From a virus (lineage: Duplodnaviria; Caudoviricetes), in the IMG/VR virus record IMGVR_UViG_3300048575_000011, positions 1 to 27,101 of that record: a stretch of 27,101 nucleotides of DNA; one strand, written 5' to 3'. How positions within the stretch are numbered: the first letter of the stretch is position 1; the number at the start of each line of letters is the position of its first letter. Shown one piece after another: positions 14,946-25,400 of this stretch. The notes below the pieces were generated by a model, which was not told the origin of the DNA, made no database searches, and saw only the letters and a program-made list of their open reading frames with translations. The position numbers and the translations under genes were made by a program.

Positions 14946-16835
14946 TCAGTAGCTGTAGTTGTAGCTGGTGCCCGTGCTGGTAGAAGTGCTCTCCGACGAA
15001 CTGGACGATCCAGATCCCCCGATGCTTGCGGAAACATGGGCCGCCGATAGAGCGCCGGCCGCAAGCTGGGCGCTGAACTGCCCGACCGCCTTCGCCGCTT
15101 CAAGCGCCACGTTCGCAGACTGCACAGCCTTCTGAATGTTCGCCTGATACTCGCTCATCTGCATTTCCGCAAACGCGACCGAGGTACGGACGTTCATGTC
15201 AGCGAACCGAGATTGAACCTCGGACTGCGCAACGCTCGCGCTCGCGCCGGCCTTCCATCCTTCCATCTGCGCCTGATAGGCCTGCGTCGCGTAGCTGACC
15301 GTGTTCAGCGATGCGGAAAGCTCCGCCTTGTAGGCATCGACGTTGCCCAGGAACTCCTGAAGCCGTACCCGCGCGGCATCCATCTTCAGCTGCTCCCCCT
15401 TCAACCGGATGTCCGCCTTGCTCGATAGCCCCTGGATCGTCGATGCGTAGGCGCGCGCCTGGGCATCGAGCATGTTGGCCTTCGATGTCTCTCCGCGAAC
15501 CTGCGAATCGTAGGCGTCGAACTTGATTTTCTCGGCGCCGACGCGCTCCGCGTAGGCTTGGACATCGGCCTTGTATGCGTCAAACTGGCTTTGGATTACC
15601 TCAGTTCGCACCTTCGCCGCGTCCATCTGCACCTTGAACAGATCGACCGACGAGCGCACGCCATCGAGCTTCGCCTTGAAGACTTCGACCTTTTGCGTGT
15701 TGAGCTGGCCCTTGGCGACCTCGGCATCGATCGCGGTTTTGTAGGCAGTCAGCTTCGATAGCGCCGCATCGAGCCGCGTGCGATAGACCTGGACCAGATT
15801 CGAGAATGCCTGATTCTGCGCGTTGAAGAGCCCGATCTGCGCATTGAAAACGTTGATCTGGCTCTCAGCCTGAAACCGGGCGGCCTCGAACAGCCGTCCG
15901 ACCATGTTCGAGTAGAGGTTTTGCGTCAGCTGCTCCAACGCCATGCCCTGCTGCACTGCAAAGCGAAGGTTCTCGATCTCCCACTGAGCGGCCTGAGTCA
16001 GGATGTCTCGGTTCGTCTCGGCGGCCTTGAGGCGGTTCTGCTCGCGCACGATATCGGCCTGCTTGACCAGCATTCCGGGAGGCATCGAGAAGTCCCGAGC
16101 AGCCCAGGTATCGATAGCCTCCTGCACGGCGCGCGCGGCCTCGGCGCTGTCACGCTCGCGCGTCCTCGCGAAAAGCGCATCCTCAATCGCAGGCGGAAGT
16201 CCCGTCCCGCCCGCCATCAGGCGCCGAACTTCGCTGCGCAGATCGTCCAGGATCTCGGACTGATACTGCGGCTCGGACCAGTTGATGAACACGTTCGGCA
16301 CGGCGACATCGAGGCGCGGCGCGGCGTCGTTGAAGTCGGGCAGCGTCGGAAACTCGAACTCGGGCAACGTGATCGCCAGAAGCTCGTCCATTTCGGGAAT
16401 GGACAGGCTGGGCGCGTCCGGGATGGAAACGGAGAGATCCACATCGGGCCGGGCCGGAGCGGAAATATCAGCCATCACAGGCGCGCTCGGCAAATTCAGC
16501 GGGACCAGAGCCGGCGCATCGGGTAGCGCGTCCATGTCCGCGACATCGAGCGCAGAGAGCAGAGAATCGATCGACGGCGCGGCCGGCGCATTCGGCTGGA
16601 CAAGCGCGGGCGCCGAGAAGGTTGGCGCATTACCCACGTTGAATGTCGGGATTGCGGCCTGGACTGAACCGATCCTATCGGGAGCCCGAACGTCGGCCAC
16701 CTTGATCCCGGCAATCGTTGAAAGCGCAGAAGACAGGTTCGCGCTGTACTCGCGCCCCATCGAGTCCAGGTCGCTGATTTTTTCGGTGACGACCTGAACC
16801 GCTTGGCCAAGGATGCTATCGGGTGCGATCCCCAT
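14946..16835 (-). CDS. Putative ejection/internal virion protein, 629 aa (Pro-rich N-terminal part, long coiled coil, Ser-rich tail)
   Basis: SD ACAGGAGA. Pro-rich region around aa 50-190; extended Ala/Gln/Tyr helical region; ends SGSSSSSESTSTSTGTSYNYSY. Confidence 0.7.
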   Translation of the reverse strand: MGIAPDSILGQAVQVVTEKISDLDSMGREYSANLSSALSTIAGIKVADVRAPDRIGSVQAAIPTFNVGNAPTFSAPALVQPNAPAAPSIDSLLSALDVADMDALPDAPALVPLNLPSAPVMADISAPARPDVDLSVSIPDAPSLSIPEMDELLAITLPEFEFPTLPDFNDAAPRLDVAVPNVFINWSEPQYQSEILDDLRSEVRRLMAGGTGLPPAIEDALFARTRERDSAEAARAVQEAIDTWAARDFSMPPGMLVKQADIVREQNRLKAAETNRDILTQAAQWEIENLRFAVQQGMALEQLTQNLYSNMVGRLFEAARFQAESQINVFNAQIGLFNAQNQAFSNLVQVYRTRLDAALSKLTAYKTAIDAEVAKGQLNTQKVEVFKAKLDGVRSSVDLFKVQMDAAKVRTEVIQSQFDAYKADVQAYAERVGAEKIKFDAYDSQVRGETSKANMLDAQARAYASTIQGLSSKADIRLKGEQLKMDAARVRLQEFLGNVDAYKAELSASLNTVSYATQAYQAQMEGWKAGASASVAQSEVQSRFADMNVRTSVAFAEMQMSEYQANIQKAVQSANVALEAAKAVGQFSAQLAAGALSAAHVSASIGGSGSSSSSESTSTSTGTSYNYSY

Positions 16836-16836
16836 G

Positions 16837-17991
16837 TCAGATTCTCCTGTTCGTCGGCGAAACCAGAACGCCGAGATCGTTGATGTAGGCTCGCTTTCCC
16901 TTCAGGGTCAGCTCGAATGTGAAGTGCCGGCCGCGCAGCCCGCGCCCAAACGTGAATCTCCCGTTTGTCTGCTCGCCGGCCAGTTTGCTGGGAAGCGCGT
17001 AGCTGTAGCGCTCGACATTCCCTGACTGCGTTTGCGACACAGCCATGCTCGCCGTTCCGTCAAGCTCGTACTCGATCAGCGCATGAACCGGATGCACCAG
17101 CCCGCCACCGCTCAGGTCAAGCTTTCCGGTCCTGATCGAACCCAGCATCTGCTCATTTTCCCCGTTGAGCGCATAGAGGCCGTCCGCCGTGCTGACGTAG
17201 GCAACGTCATTGATCACCGAAATCGACGTGAAGGCGAATGGGGCGTATCGGCTCAACGCCCAGCCGTCAGCATGGGCCGTCCATGCAGACCCGCCCGCCG
17301 TATCGCCGACCGGGCCCGCGTCGATCTGGGCAACGTCCTCGACAAGCTGCCGCGCGTCAAGGTGATCGAGAACAAGCGCATCGATCCGGGCGGACTCGAC
17401 AAGTGCGCCGGACGTGTCCCGTCCGCTGACCAGTTCATCTCCGATCAGAACCGTATCGGATGCCGTGTCGGCCGCGCAAAGCTTTCCGGTAGTCACGTCT
17501 CCGGCCAGCGCAGAATCTGCGATGAGTTCTGTTGCGGCCTGGAGCGCAGAATCCGCTGCGCGAGCCTGATCGCTGATCGTGTCGCGCGAGGTGCGCATCG
17601 CGATCACGTCCTCGCTCACGCGCACTGAATCCACGGTCAGCGCAAACGGGGCACCGAGCAGAAGCTGATCGGAGGCGGAGGCGCTGTCCTCGTGCAGAAC
17701 AAAACGCCCTTGCGTCACCACATCACCGGCTTTCGCCTGATCGGCGACGAAGCTCAGCGCCAGAACCGAATCGATGATCTGGTCAGACGCGATCGCGCTC
17801 TCTTGGATGACCGCCTGACCCGCGTCAAACGCCTGATCGGACGCAACCGCGCCAGAGGTGTGCAGGACCAGCAGCCCGAACAGTAGCGCTTCCCCGGCCT
17901 TCGCGAAGTCTCCGACAAGCGCGCTCAGGCCCGTCCAAGTGCCGTCGCTGATCACCGCGGTATCGTTTGAATCGTCCCGGTAGTTACTCAT
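16837..17991 (-). CDS. Phage structural protein, 384 aa, with ~20-aa (V/I)xDxAxASD repeats and a C-terminal beta domain
   Basis: ATG at 17991 overlaps the upstream gene end by 8 nt. About 11 degenerate repeats in the N-terminal 230 aa; C-terminal RFTFGRGLRGRHFTFEL. Confidence 0.72.
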   Translation of the reverse strand: MSNYRDDSNDTAVISDGTWTGLSALVGDFAKAGEALLFGLLVLHTSGAVASDQAFDAGQAVIQESAIASDQIIDSVLALSFVADQAKAGDVVTQGRFVLHEDSASASDQLLLGAPFALTVDSVRVSEDVIAMRTSRDTISDQARAADSALQAATELIADSALAGDVTTGKLCAADTASDTVLIGDELVSGRDTSGALVESARIDALVLDHLDARQLVEDVAQIDAGPVGDTAGGSAWTAHADGWALSRYAPFAFTSISVINDVAYVSTADGLYALNGENEQMLGSIRTGKLDLSGGGLVHPVHALIEYELDGTASMAVSQTQSGNVERYSYALPSKLAGEQTNGRFTFGRGLRGRHFTFELTLKGKRAYINDLGVLVSPTNRRI

Positions 17992-20563
17992 CAATCACCC
18001 CAATGAAGTGGTGCGCGCTCTTGTTATCGGCGAGCCGGCAGAATCCGTAGCGCTTTCGATCCGTCCCCGTGTCGTCCCCTGGCTCTGAGACGTTCCCGTA
18101 GGTTGCCTTCCCGAACAATACCTTGGCAGCATCTCGGTAGAAGATCCCTACAGCGTCATCAGGAGACGGCAGGAAATACATGATCGACGGGCTCTTGTTC
18201 ACATACTGCGGCTGGTCCATCAGATCAACGTCAAGGCGATCGACCTCGGTTGATGGATCCTGTGTTGATCTCGAATAGGCGCTGACCTTCGGCGGGCCGC
18301 CGCCGCCGGATAGCTTCCACTCGTTTGCGTTCGGATGAACCAACCAGGTGTAATCAGCGGGAAGCGCCGGGATCCACGGGCCTTGATCTGCAAAGTCGGA
18401 ACACAGGCCCGGCCCATATTCCTCGATCTCCACCCATACCGGGTTTCCCTTTTTAGGGTATGGGCTTCCCTTCATGACGGACAAGCCACCGGCCCAGTGC
18501 ATCACGAAGTCGTATGTCCAGAACCGATAGCTGTAGGGGTCGGTAACACTCGACAACGACATCGATTCGGTTGTCTTCCCTCCGGTTGTCGTCTTTTTCT
18601 TCGCGTGCAGAAGTGCGTTTCGGCACAAAAATGGGATGCATACGGCCAGCGCCGTGTTCCTGCCTTCGGTGCTCTTGGTCTTCACTTTCGTCGTGAAGTA
18701 CCGATTCCTCCAGAGCGTCCCAGGCTTCCAGAAAGGAGCGTCGAAACCAAAGAATGGCTGGGAGTCATAGCCCATGTCCTTGCCTTCGATGTTGGTCACT
18801 TCAACGGACGTTGCCCCGGCCTCTCGTTCATCGAAGTCGCTCGTGTAGAAGTTGCCCATGAGCCCCACTGGCGTCTTGGTAACGATCCTCTGCCACGACC
18901 CGACAATCATGCACTCTTCATAGTCGTCTTCGACATCCTGGGCGTAGGCGCGCGGATCGTAGAAATACTTCACGACCTTGAGCTGATCGCCGACGTAGTA
19001 GCCGAACATGATCGTGTCGCAATTCACTGACTTTCCCCGGCCGTTGATCAGCGGCAGGAAGTCGTGAGAGACGCACCCTCCCATGTATGGCTCAGGGAAC
19101 TTGATCTGTGGCCCCTTCTTCGCTGTGTGTAGAAGGTAGCCTTTCGCCGTCTGGGTCACGTTTCCCGTGTGCGCCGAGATCGGTTGCGTTTCCAGGTTTG
19201 CCCAGTAATCGATCTCGGAGTCCAGGACTTCTCCGTTTTTCAGGTTCGACGAACGAGAGAGGATGTCCTTTTCGTCAGCTCTGGCCAGCTTGTATCGGAT
19301 AGCAAGGCTCTTGGGTGAAGGATCGCCCGTCTTCCGGAAGACCGCGCCAAGGTACGTCTTGATTTTCGCCAGGTCATCCTCGTTGTCAGTTCCGATCGTC
19401 TTCCTGATCCTGCCCGCCTCCTTTGCTGGCGAGAGCTTCAGCTTCAGCTTGTAGGTGAGGCCCAGGCCAATTCCCTGATCCTCGTCGTAGTCGTAGCAGG
19501 TGTTGATCCCCTCTGTCCCGCTGCTGTTCAAGCTCCATCCACATGCCGACGAGTAGGAAATGTGCGAGTAGAAGTCGGCAACGTCGCAGACCTTGATGAT
19601 GACGCCGGCCCGCCGCCAAGCCTCGAACGCCCCAGGCTGTGACGGGAAGGCCTCTCCGGACGGCATGGCTCCAAACCGATCGAGGATCGCGAGCAGTTCG
19701 GTATCGTCGTTCTTCTCAACGAACTCCCTGAATGCCTTCGTCGCGGTAGCCGGGATGATCGGCATCGGAATCGCAAAAACGCCCGATGCGCTGATGCGGA
19801 TCAGCCAAGGAGATCCGTCAGAGTCGAACGCCACGCCATGCGTGTTATGGAACTTGTAGTCAAACTGATATTGACCTGTCTTAGGCGGTAGGCCCGTATA
19901 TCCGGGAAGTCTGAGCCCGGAAATCTCCGATTCGATCTTCTTCCACACCTCTGCCGGGATCTGCATTCTCACGCGCTCAACCGGCGACTTCGGAAGGCTC
20001 TCGATGTCCTGGCGACCGTACCCTCCGACGATCTGCATGACCTCGGCCATCGCACCCGAGTACCACGTCGGGCGCTGCGCCGCATACTGGGTGAATTTGG
20101 CGCTCGTCTCGGTCTGAGGGGCGAGTTCCTGAACCAGAGGGTTGTAGTCGATCACGAACCGCTGAAGCTGTTGATCTTCGCTCGGCAGGGAGTCTGCCTT
20201 GTAGCCCGAGATCCTTCGGCGCGTTTGCCGCGAGAGCTTCATTCCAACGCCAGCAGAGCCCCGGACTACGGCCTCCGTAATGACGCCAGAGAACAGCATC
20301 GGGACGTAGGCCTTGGCCAGACCGTCGAACTGCACTGGCGGGGCGGGAAGCTCCTTGACAACAAAGGCCCGGAACACCCCGCCCGCATCCTGCACGATCG
20401 CCATGCTCCCATCCGGGAGCGTGCGCACCATCTTCATGGACGGAAGCCCACTGATGCCGCGAAGGTTTGTCAGCCTTCGCGACATCAGCTCAAGCGCCGC
20501 CGCGTCTTCGTCAGTCAGCGACCCGCCATAGACAAAGACGCCATGCGGCCTTGGCTCGTGCAT
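17984..20563 (-). CDS. Phage hypothetical (likely tail/structural) protein, 859 aa
   Basis: Long ORF that fits the operon without gaps; aromatic- and beta-rich; no catalytic motif recognised. Confidence 0.75.
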   Translation of the reverse strand: MHEPRPHGVFVYGGSLTDEDAAALELMSRRLTNLRGISGLPSMKMVRTLPDGSMAIVQDAGGVFRAFVVKELPAPPVQFDGLAKAYVPMLFSGVITEAVVRGSAGVGMKLSRQTRRRISGYKADSLPSEDQQLQRFVIDYNPLVQELAPQTETSAKFTQYAAQRPTWYSGAMAEVMQIVGGYGRQDIESLPKSPVERVRMQIPAEVWKKIESEISGLRLPGYTGLPPKTGQYQFDYKFHNTHGVAFDSDGSPWLIRISASGVFAIPMPIIPATATKAFREFVEKNDDTELLAILDRFGAMPSGEAFPSQPGAFEAWRRAGVIIKVCDVADFYSHISYSSACGWSLNSSGTEGINTCYDYDEDQGIGLGLTYKLKLKLSPAKEAGRIRKTIGTDNEDDLAKIKTYLGAVFRKTGDPSPKSLAIRYKLARADEKDILSRSSNLKNGEVLDSEIDYWANLETQPISAHTGNVTQTAKGYLLHTAKKGPQIKFPEPYMGGCVSHDFLPLINGRGKSVNCDTIMFGYYVGDQLKVVKYFYDPRAYAQDVEDDYEECMIVGSWQRIVTKTPVGLMGNFYTSDFDEREAGATSVEVTNIEGKDMGYDSQPFFGFDAPFWKPGTLWRNRYFTTKVKTKSTEGRNTALAVCIPFLCRNALLHAKKKTTTGGKTTESMSLSSVTDPYSYRFWTYDFVMHWAGGLSVMKGSPYPKKGNPVWVEIEEYGPGLCSDFADQGPWIPALPADYTWLVHPNANEWKLSGGGGPPKVSAYSRSTQDPSTEVDRLDVDLMDQPQYVNKSPSIMYFLPSPDDAVGIFYRDAAKVLFGKATYGNVSEPGDDTGTDRKRYGFCRLADNKSAHHFIGVIDE

Positions 20564-20573
20564 AGCCGCTCAA

Positions 20574-21167
20574 TCAGACGGTCAGATTGACCCGATAGCC
20601 AATCTGGTAGGTGTCGCCGTTCTGGAAGGTGCGATCGGCCGTGTATTTCGATGCCGAGATCAGCGCACCCGTGGTGCCGCCGCGCGCGTTGCTGCTGAGC
20701 AGCGCCGCACCGGTCACGGTCAGCGTGCCGGTCGTCGCGATCGTCACCGTGGCCACGGTGCCGAGGTTGTCGATCTGGTTCGTCGCGGTGTCGGTCGGCG
20801 ACCACTGCGGGCGAGTCGCCAGCGTGTAGCCTTCGGTTTGGCTGACGATCTCGCTGGCGACCGTGGCGAAGTTCGCCGCCGTCCAGGTCGCATTCGGCGC
20901 GGTGGCGCCAGAGAACAGCGCAAGATAGTAGCCGGCCGGCTTCGCCTTCCCGCCGAGCGCCACATTCAGGATGTGCGAGAGCCCTTCAGTGGGCAGCAGG
21001 TTTTTGCCGGCGAACTCCCATTTCCCGCCGTTGATGCGGTCGAAGTATTCACCGGCCGCGAGCACGCCGATGGAAGGAAAGAGGATTCCGGATTCCGTCG
21101 CCTCGAAGTCGCCGCCCCGAATCGCGCGGGCGAGGGAATTGCGCAAGCTGCGCATGGTCATGGTCAT
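20574..21167 (-). CDS. Phage minor tail-like protein, 197 aa
   Basis: Start reassigned to 21167 (TTAGGAG-caacc-ATG-ACC-ATG-ACC-ATG). Pattern NLLPTEGLSHIL...YYLALFSG...EI...GYT...R..W...VTGAAL...G.L...R....GD...I.Y resembles phage tail beta-sandwich proteins. Confidence 0.7.
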   Translation of the reverse strand: MTMTMRSLRNSLARAIRGGDFEATESGILFPSIGVLAAGEYFDRINGGKWEFAGKNLLPTEGLSHILNVALGGKAKPAGYYLALFSGATAPNATWTAANFATVASEIVSQTEGYTLATRPQWSPTDTATNQIDNLGTVATVTIATTGTLTVTGAALLSSNARGGTTGALISASKYTADRTFQNGDTYQIGYRVNLTV

Positions 21168-21188
21168 GGTTGCTCCTAAGCAATACAT

Positions 21189-21225
21189 GACGCACTCCTG
21201 CGCGTCGGGAGCCCAAAATCGGGCT
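21189..21225 (-). promoter_or_regulatory. Two tandem RNA hairpins in the intergenic leader of the 197-aa gene
   Basis: Minus strand: AGCCCG-ATTT-TGGGCT (21225-21210) and GACGCGC-AGGA-GTGCGTC (21206-21189). Each has a G-U pair that works only on the mRNA strand. Confidence 0.45.
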
Positions 21226-21235
21226 GGAACGGATG

Positions 21236-22432
21236 TCAGCGTACAACGGTGATGACACGGCCATCAAACACTACAGACTGCCCAAAATCGGCGGCGATAT
21301 CGCCCATGACGCCTTTGTGCAACTCGATGATCTGACCGGATGCCGTGCCGAGGACATATCCGTTACCGGCGAGCCATAGGGCCGTGGCCTGACCGCCTTG
21401 CGCTGCGTCGCCGGCCGTGTCGGAGTCAAGGATGATGGCCGAACCGGGAACTGGCGCCTGCGAGCGAAGGCGCTGGACCTGGAGCGAGTCAGGCGACGAT
21501 CCGGACAGAAAGGCGACGTGATCAACTTGCCCGATCCAGATCCCGCCATCAACCGGTGCGACGAACGTGATTCGCTGGGGCATCTGAAGCCACCCATAGC
21601 GCGGGTCATGCAAGTGGTAGGCCATCGGCTCGGACCAGCGCAGAACGTTGCGCGATGCGGTGAGCAGCCGGCCGCGCCAGTACCGTAGAAAACCACCGGT
21701 CGGCATCTGCGACTTGTTCATGAACTGCGGGGGCATTCCCAGCGTCGGGACAGTGGAAAATCGCTCGCTCCCGCCGCTGGCCGGGTAGTCTCCTACGCGC
21801 GCCAGCTCGCCGCCGTTCTGGCGAGTCATGTAGAGCCTGATCCCGGTTGCAGTGGGATCAACGGCTGGCGCGAGCCAGACCGACAGGAAAGCACCATCGG
21901 TAACTGAAACCTGCGCGATCGCGGACAATCCCGACTCCTGAGCCCCGCGCAGATAGGACACGGCCACGCCGTAGGATCCTGAGCCCAGGGCGCCGCCGCC
22001 TTCATCCGTCACGAGTGGGGCGGGTGGCTCCATGATCCCAAGCCGGCGCACCGCCGCGCCGTCGTAGGTGAAGATGCCGGCCGGGCCGGCGACTGCCACG
22101 AGGTTGTTCAGGATCTCATGCGAGATAGGGCCGCTCCCGATCTCGGCCAATGGGGTGAATTCCCAAGAGTCGGGAGAGATCCGCCCCCAGGCGCTTCCCT
22201 TCGTGCCGAACACGTCTCCGTGAAGCGGGCTTTGCCAGATGTTAGACAGAGCCTGATCGGTGACTTTCTGCGCGCCTTTGCGAAGGCGCACCTTCCCTCG
22301 CGGAGAAATGTCGATGTTGAGCGCGTCGCGGACATAGATGCGGCGCGCGTCCCCGCCGACAACGAGCGCATCGTCGTCGTACTCGGAATTCATCCCGGCG
22401 ATCGGCAGCAGCGGGATCGTTTTCGTTTCCAT
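21236..22432 (-). CDS. Phage tail/stabilisation-like structural protein, 398 aa
   Basis: SD AAAGGAG and TGATG coupling. N-terminal VRDALNIDI...G....RKG resembles podophage tail nozzle/stabilisation proteins; central beta-sandwich insert (GSYGVAVSY...ES...IRLY); propeller-like C-terminus. Confidence 0.65.
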   Translation of the reverse strand: METKTIPLLPIAGMNSEYDDDALVVGGDARRIYVRDALNIDISPRGKVRLRKGAQKVTDQALSNIWQSPLHGDVFGTKGSAWGRISPDSWEFTPLAEIGSGPISHEILNNLVAVAGPAGIFTYDGAAVRRLGIMEPPAPLVTDEGGGALGSGSYGVAVSYLRGAQESGLSAIAQVSVTDGAFLSVWLAPAVDPTATGIRLYMTRQNGGELARVGDYPASGGSERFSTVPTLGMPPQFMNKSQMPTGGFLRYWRGRLLTASRNVLRWSEPMAYHLHDPRYGWLQMPQRITFVAPVDGGIWIGQVDHVAFLSGSSPDSLQVQRLRSQAPVPGSAIILDSDTAGDAAQGGQATALWLAGNGYVLGTASGQIIELHKGVMGDIAADFGQSVVFDGRVITVVR

Positions 22433-25400
22433 CAGAAAGCTCCTTTCCTGAGTTGGTCGGCGTTTCCATCCGGCCGGATGTACCGGGCGGCAAGGCGAAG
22501 GTCAGCGCCATTGCTGCCGAATCCGTCTATCCCGGTTGGGCGTACCTGCTGGCGGGCAGGCGTGTTTGTCGTCGCGTTGCGCACGCGCATTCGCTGGGCG
22601 AAGGCCTCAAGCTGGTATTCGCTGATGAACGCGTCGAAGCCGTCCATCGACAAGCCCCTGACGCGGAGGGAGACCCACGCGACGCCGGGGCTGAACGAGT
22701 CGAACGGATCAGGGATCACCGGCTTTCTCGGCCCAACGTTCAGGTGCTGCGGAAGGTACTCGGCATCACCGCTGACGCTTTCCCCCATCTTCGCCGCGTC
22801 GTAGCCGATCGGGCTGACAAATCGGTTGAAGTTCTCAACGCGGTGTGCTGCGCCCCATTGCGTCATCGAATACCCTGCCGCCTTGAGTGTACGGGGGCCG
22901 ACATGGGGGGCGTAGTCGATGGCCGCTTCACCGAACTCCATCGTGTCCGATGCCTCGAAGATTTCGACCGTCGCCGGGCCTGGGATCACATGCCACCCAA
23001 ACCTCAAGCTCTGGATTCCCTTTACTGACACGAACATCTTCCGGTTGAACACAACCGGGATCCCCGCGATCTCGGGGTAGATGGACGTGGGACCGATCCC
23101 CCGATGCCGGTTTTCAACAGCCGGCGAACCGAACACAGCGCCTGGGCCGCCAGTGCGCCCATCGACGTAATGAAGGCCAGAAGTGGGGTGATTCGCCTTT
23201 GCCTGCTCAGGGGCGTCCATCACTGCGTAGATGGTGTGCGGGGACACTCGTGGGTTGCTGGGCTCGAAAACCTCTGCATTCGGGAATCCCGAGACTGTCA
23301 GAGTCCGGATCTTCAGAGATACAGACGGCTCGCCAACCGTGAGTTCCTGGTAGCCGGGCTCAACACGAATGCTGTTCGCAGAGACGAACGGAGTGCCAAA
23401 TCTGGCACTTGAGCCCGCCTGAACGACATAGACGACCTGCTGATTGAAAACCGGCGTCCCGACTTGGTAATCCGGCGCGGGGATCCCGAACCCGTTGTCG
23501 TCGGGTGTGTTTGTCTCGGCTCGGTATCTGCTCAGGTCGATCGTCTGCGTTGAGTATGGGGGTGTGCCGGACTTGATGATCTTGATCTTGTCGCCGATCG
23601 CGCCCGCCATGAGCCCCGACGCATGGATCGTCCTGCGTTTGTCGGCGATCGATGCGCGGCCGAACAGGGTCATGTAGGACTCTGCCGTTTCGATCTGGCG
23701 CCACTGCAAACGGACAGAAGGGTCGCCGAACTCTTCGCTGTTGCGCCCGCGCTGTCCAAGCTCGGGGGTCAAGTTCCGGACGATCGGAGATCCGTAGAAG
23801 TTCTGCAACGTCCAGCGCGGCCATATTTTTGTCCAGTGGATCTCCAGGAACGGCATCGCGGCGCCGTGCGCATCGAGTCCGCGCGGCTCGACGTAGCGGG
23901 TGAATAGCTTCACTTCAGGGAGCGGGATGATCGGAGGGTTGATCCCGTATCGGCTCTCGATAGAAACCGTACGGATCCGTTCGGAGATCGTCGGGTATCC
24001 AAGCCAAGCGGAATCAAACCCGTTTTGCCGGTAGTAGCGGCGCGTCTTCTCCAAACTTGGTTTGCCGATGGTCGCGGGATCGATCCCGGCCGGCGCCAAT
24101 ACGCGCCCGTCGTTGTAGATGCGCGCCCAACCGGACATGTAGGGCGCCTCAATCCCCTCCAGCTTGAGCGGCCTCAGACGATAGGCGATCATCGCCGAGC
24201 GCGAAACCTCGGCCGGCTCGGCACCGATCGGGGAAATCAACCGCGCCTGATTCCCCAGGATCGGGTATCCGATCTGCGCCGTGTTGCGGCCGATCGCCCG
24301 GATTGTCCTGTCCCTGTTCTCTACCAGCGTCCAATTCGGCCATGCCGGGGGGTTCAGTTCGCTATCCACGTCGTAGAACATGCAGACGTACTGGCGAAGA
24401 TTGAAAACTCGGGGTGTTCCCCACCGGTCTTCCGGCTGCTGGCCAACGGTCAGGAACCCGGAAGGCGCGATCGACTTGCGCATGGTGTCGATCGAAGGCG
24501 TCCCGAATGGGTTGCTGAATCCGAACGGGTAGGCGTGCAGGATCTCGGGGATGATTCGGGCGCCAAAGCGCGCAGCATCGAACCCGACAGGCCTGAGCCA
24601 CCGGCGAGTTCCGACAACGTGATTCGAGGCGAATACCTCGCGCACGCTTTCCGGCGCGATGGTCTGCTCGTAGTGGCTAACCCTCGGGATCCCGTATGCT
24701 TCTGACGCCATCCCGTCGCCAAGAAGGAATCTCCGATCATGCTCGACTCTCCCGCGACCGAACTGCGTCGAGTCGGCGCCGCCAGCTCTGACGTAGCGAT
24801 ACCCGAACCAGACCGTTGGCGCGCTGACGCGAAGGGTTTCGGATCCAGACGTGAAGACAGAGCGGATCGCCGGCCAGATTGCCGGTGTCCCGACCTCTCC
24901 AGAAAAGCCCGATGGCGCCACCTCTGGATGCTTTGAAATGGTCGCGGTGCCGTAGGCATCGAATAACACGCCTCCAGCCTGACGGATGTATCGAATCGGC
25001 TCGCCGACGCTCGTCTCTGATGCCCGGCCCATTTCCAGAGAAGAGAATGCGGCGGGATAGATGCCATAGGCAGCGTTCTTGACCAGATGCCCGGAGCTGT
25101 ACAGGGCGAGCCTCGGGAGAATGACCGTCTCACTGAGATCTGGAGCGCGCTCGGAGTTCAGCGTGATCGTTGAGTCAAGATCGGGGGGAGTGTACTGCCC
25201 CCTGGGGGATAGTGCCGGGTCTATCCCCGGTACGGAAATCGTCCGGTTGCGAAGATCGACGACCGACCAGGGCGACGAGTCGAACGAGTCCCATCCTTCC
25301 GCCCTGACCTTCGCGTTGATGTTCCGAACGAGCACGTCGCCGAAGACGGCACTTCTTGGGGATGCGATGTGCTGGACGTAGAAGGCCCGATCTTTCACGC

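Noticed and set aside
20574-21188. ORF-track starts at 21188, 1615, 17994 and 13210
   Set aside because: Downstream ATGs at 21167, 1585, 17991 and 13207 have better SD sequences or stop-start coupling.
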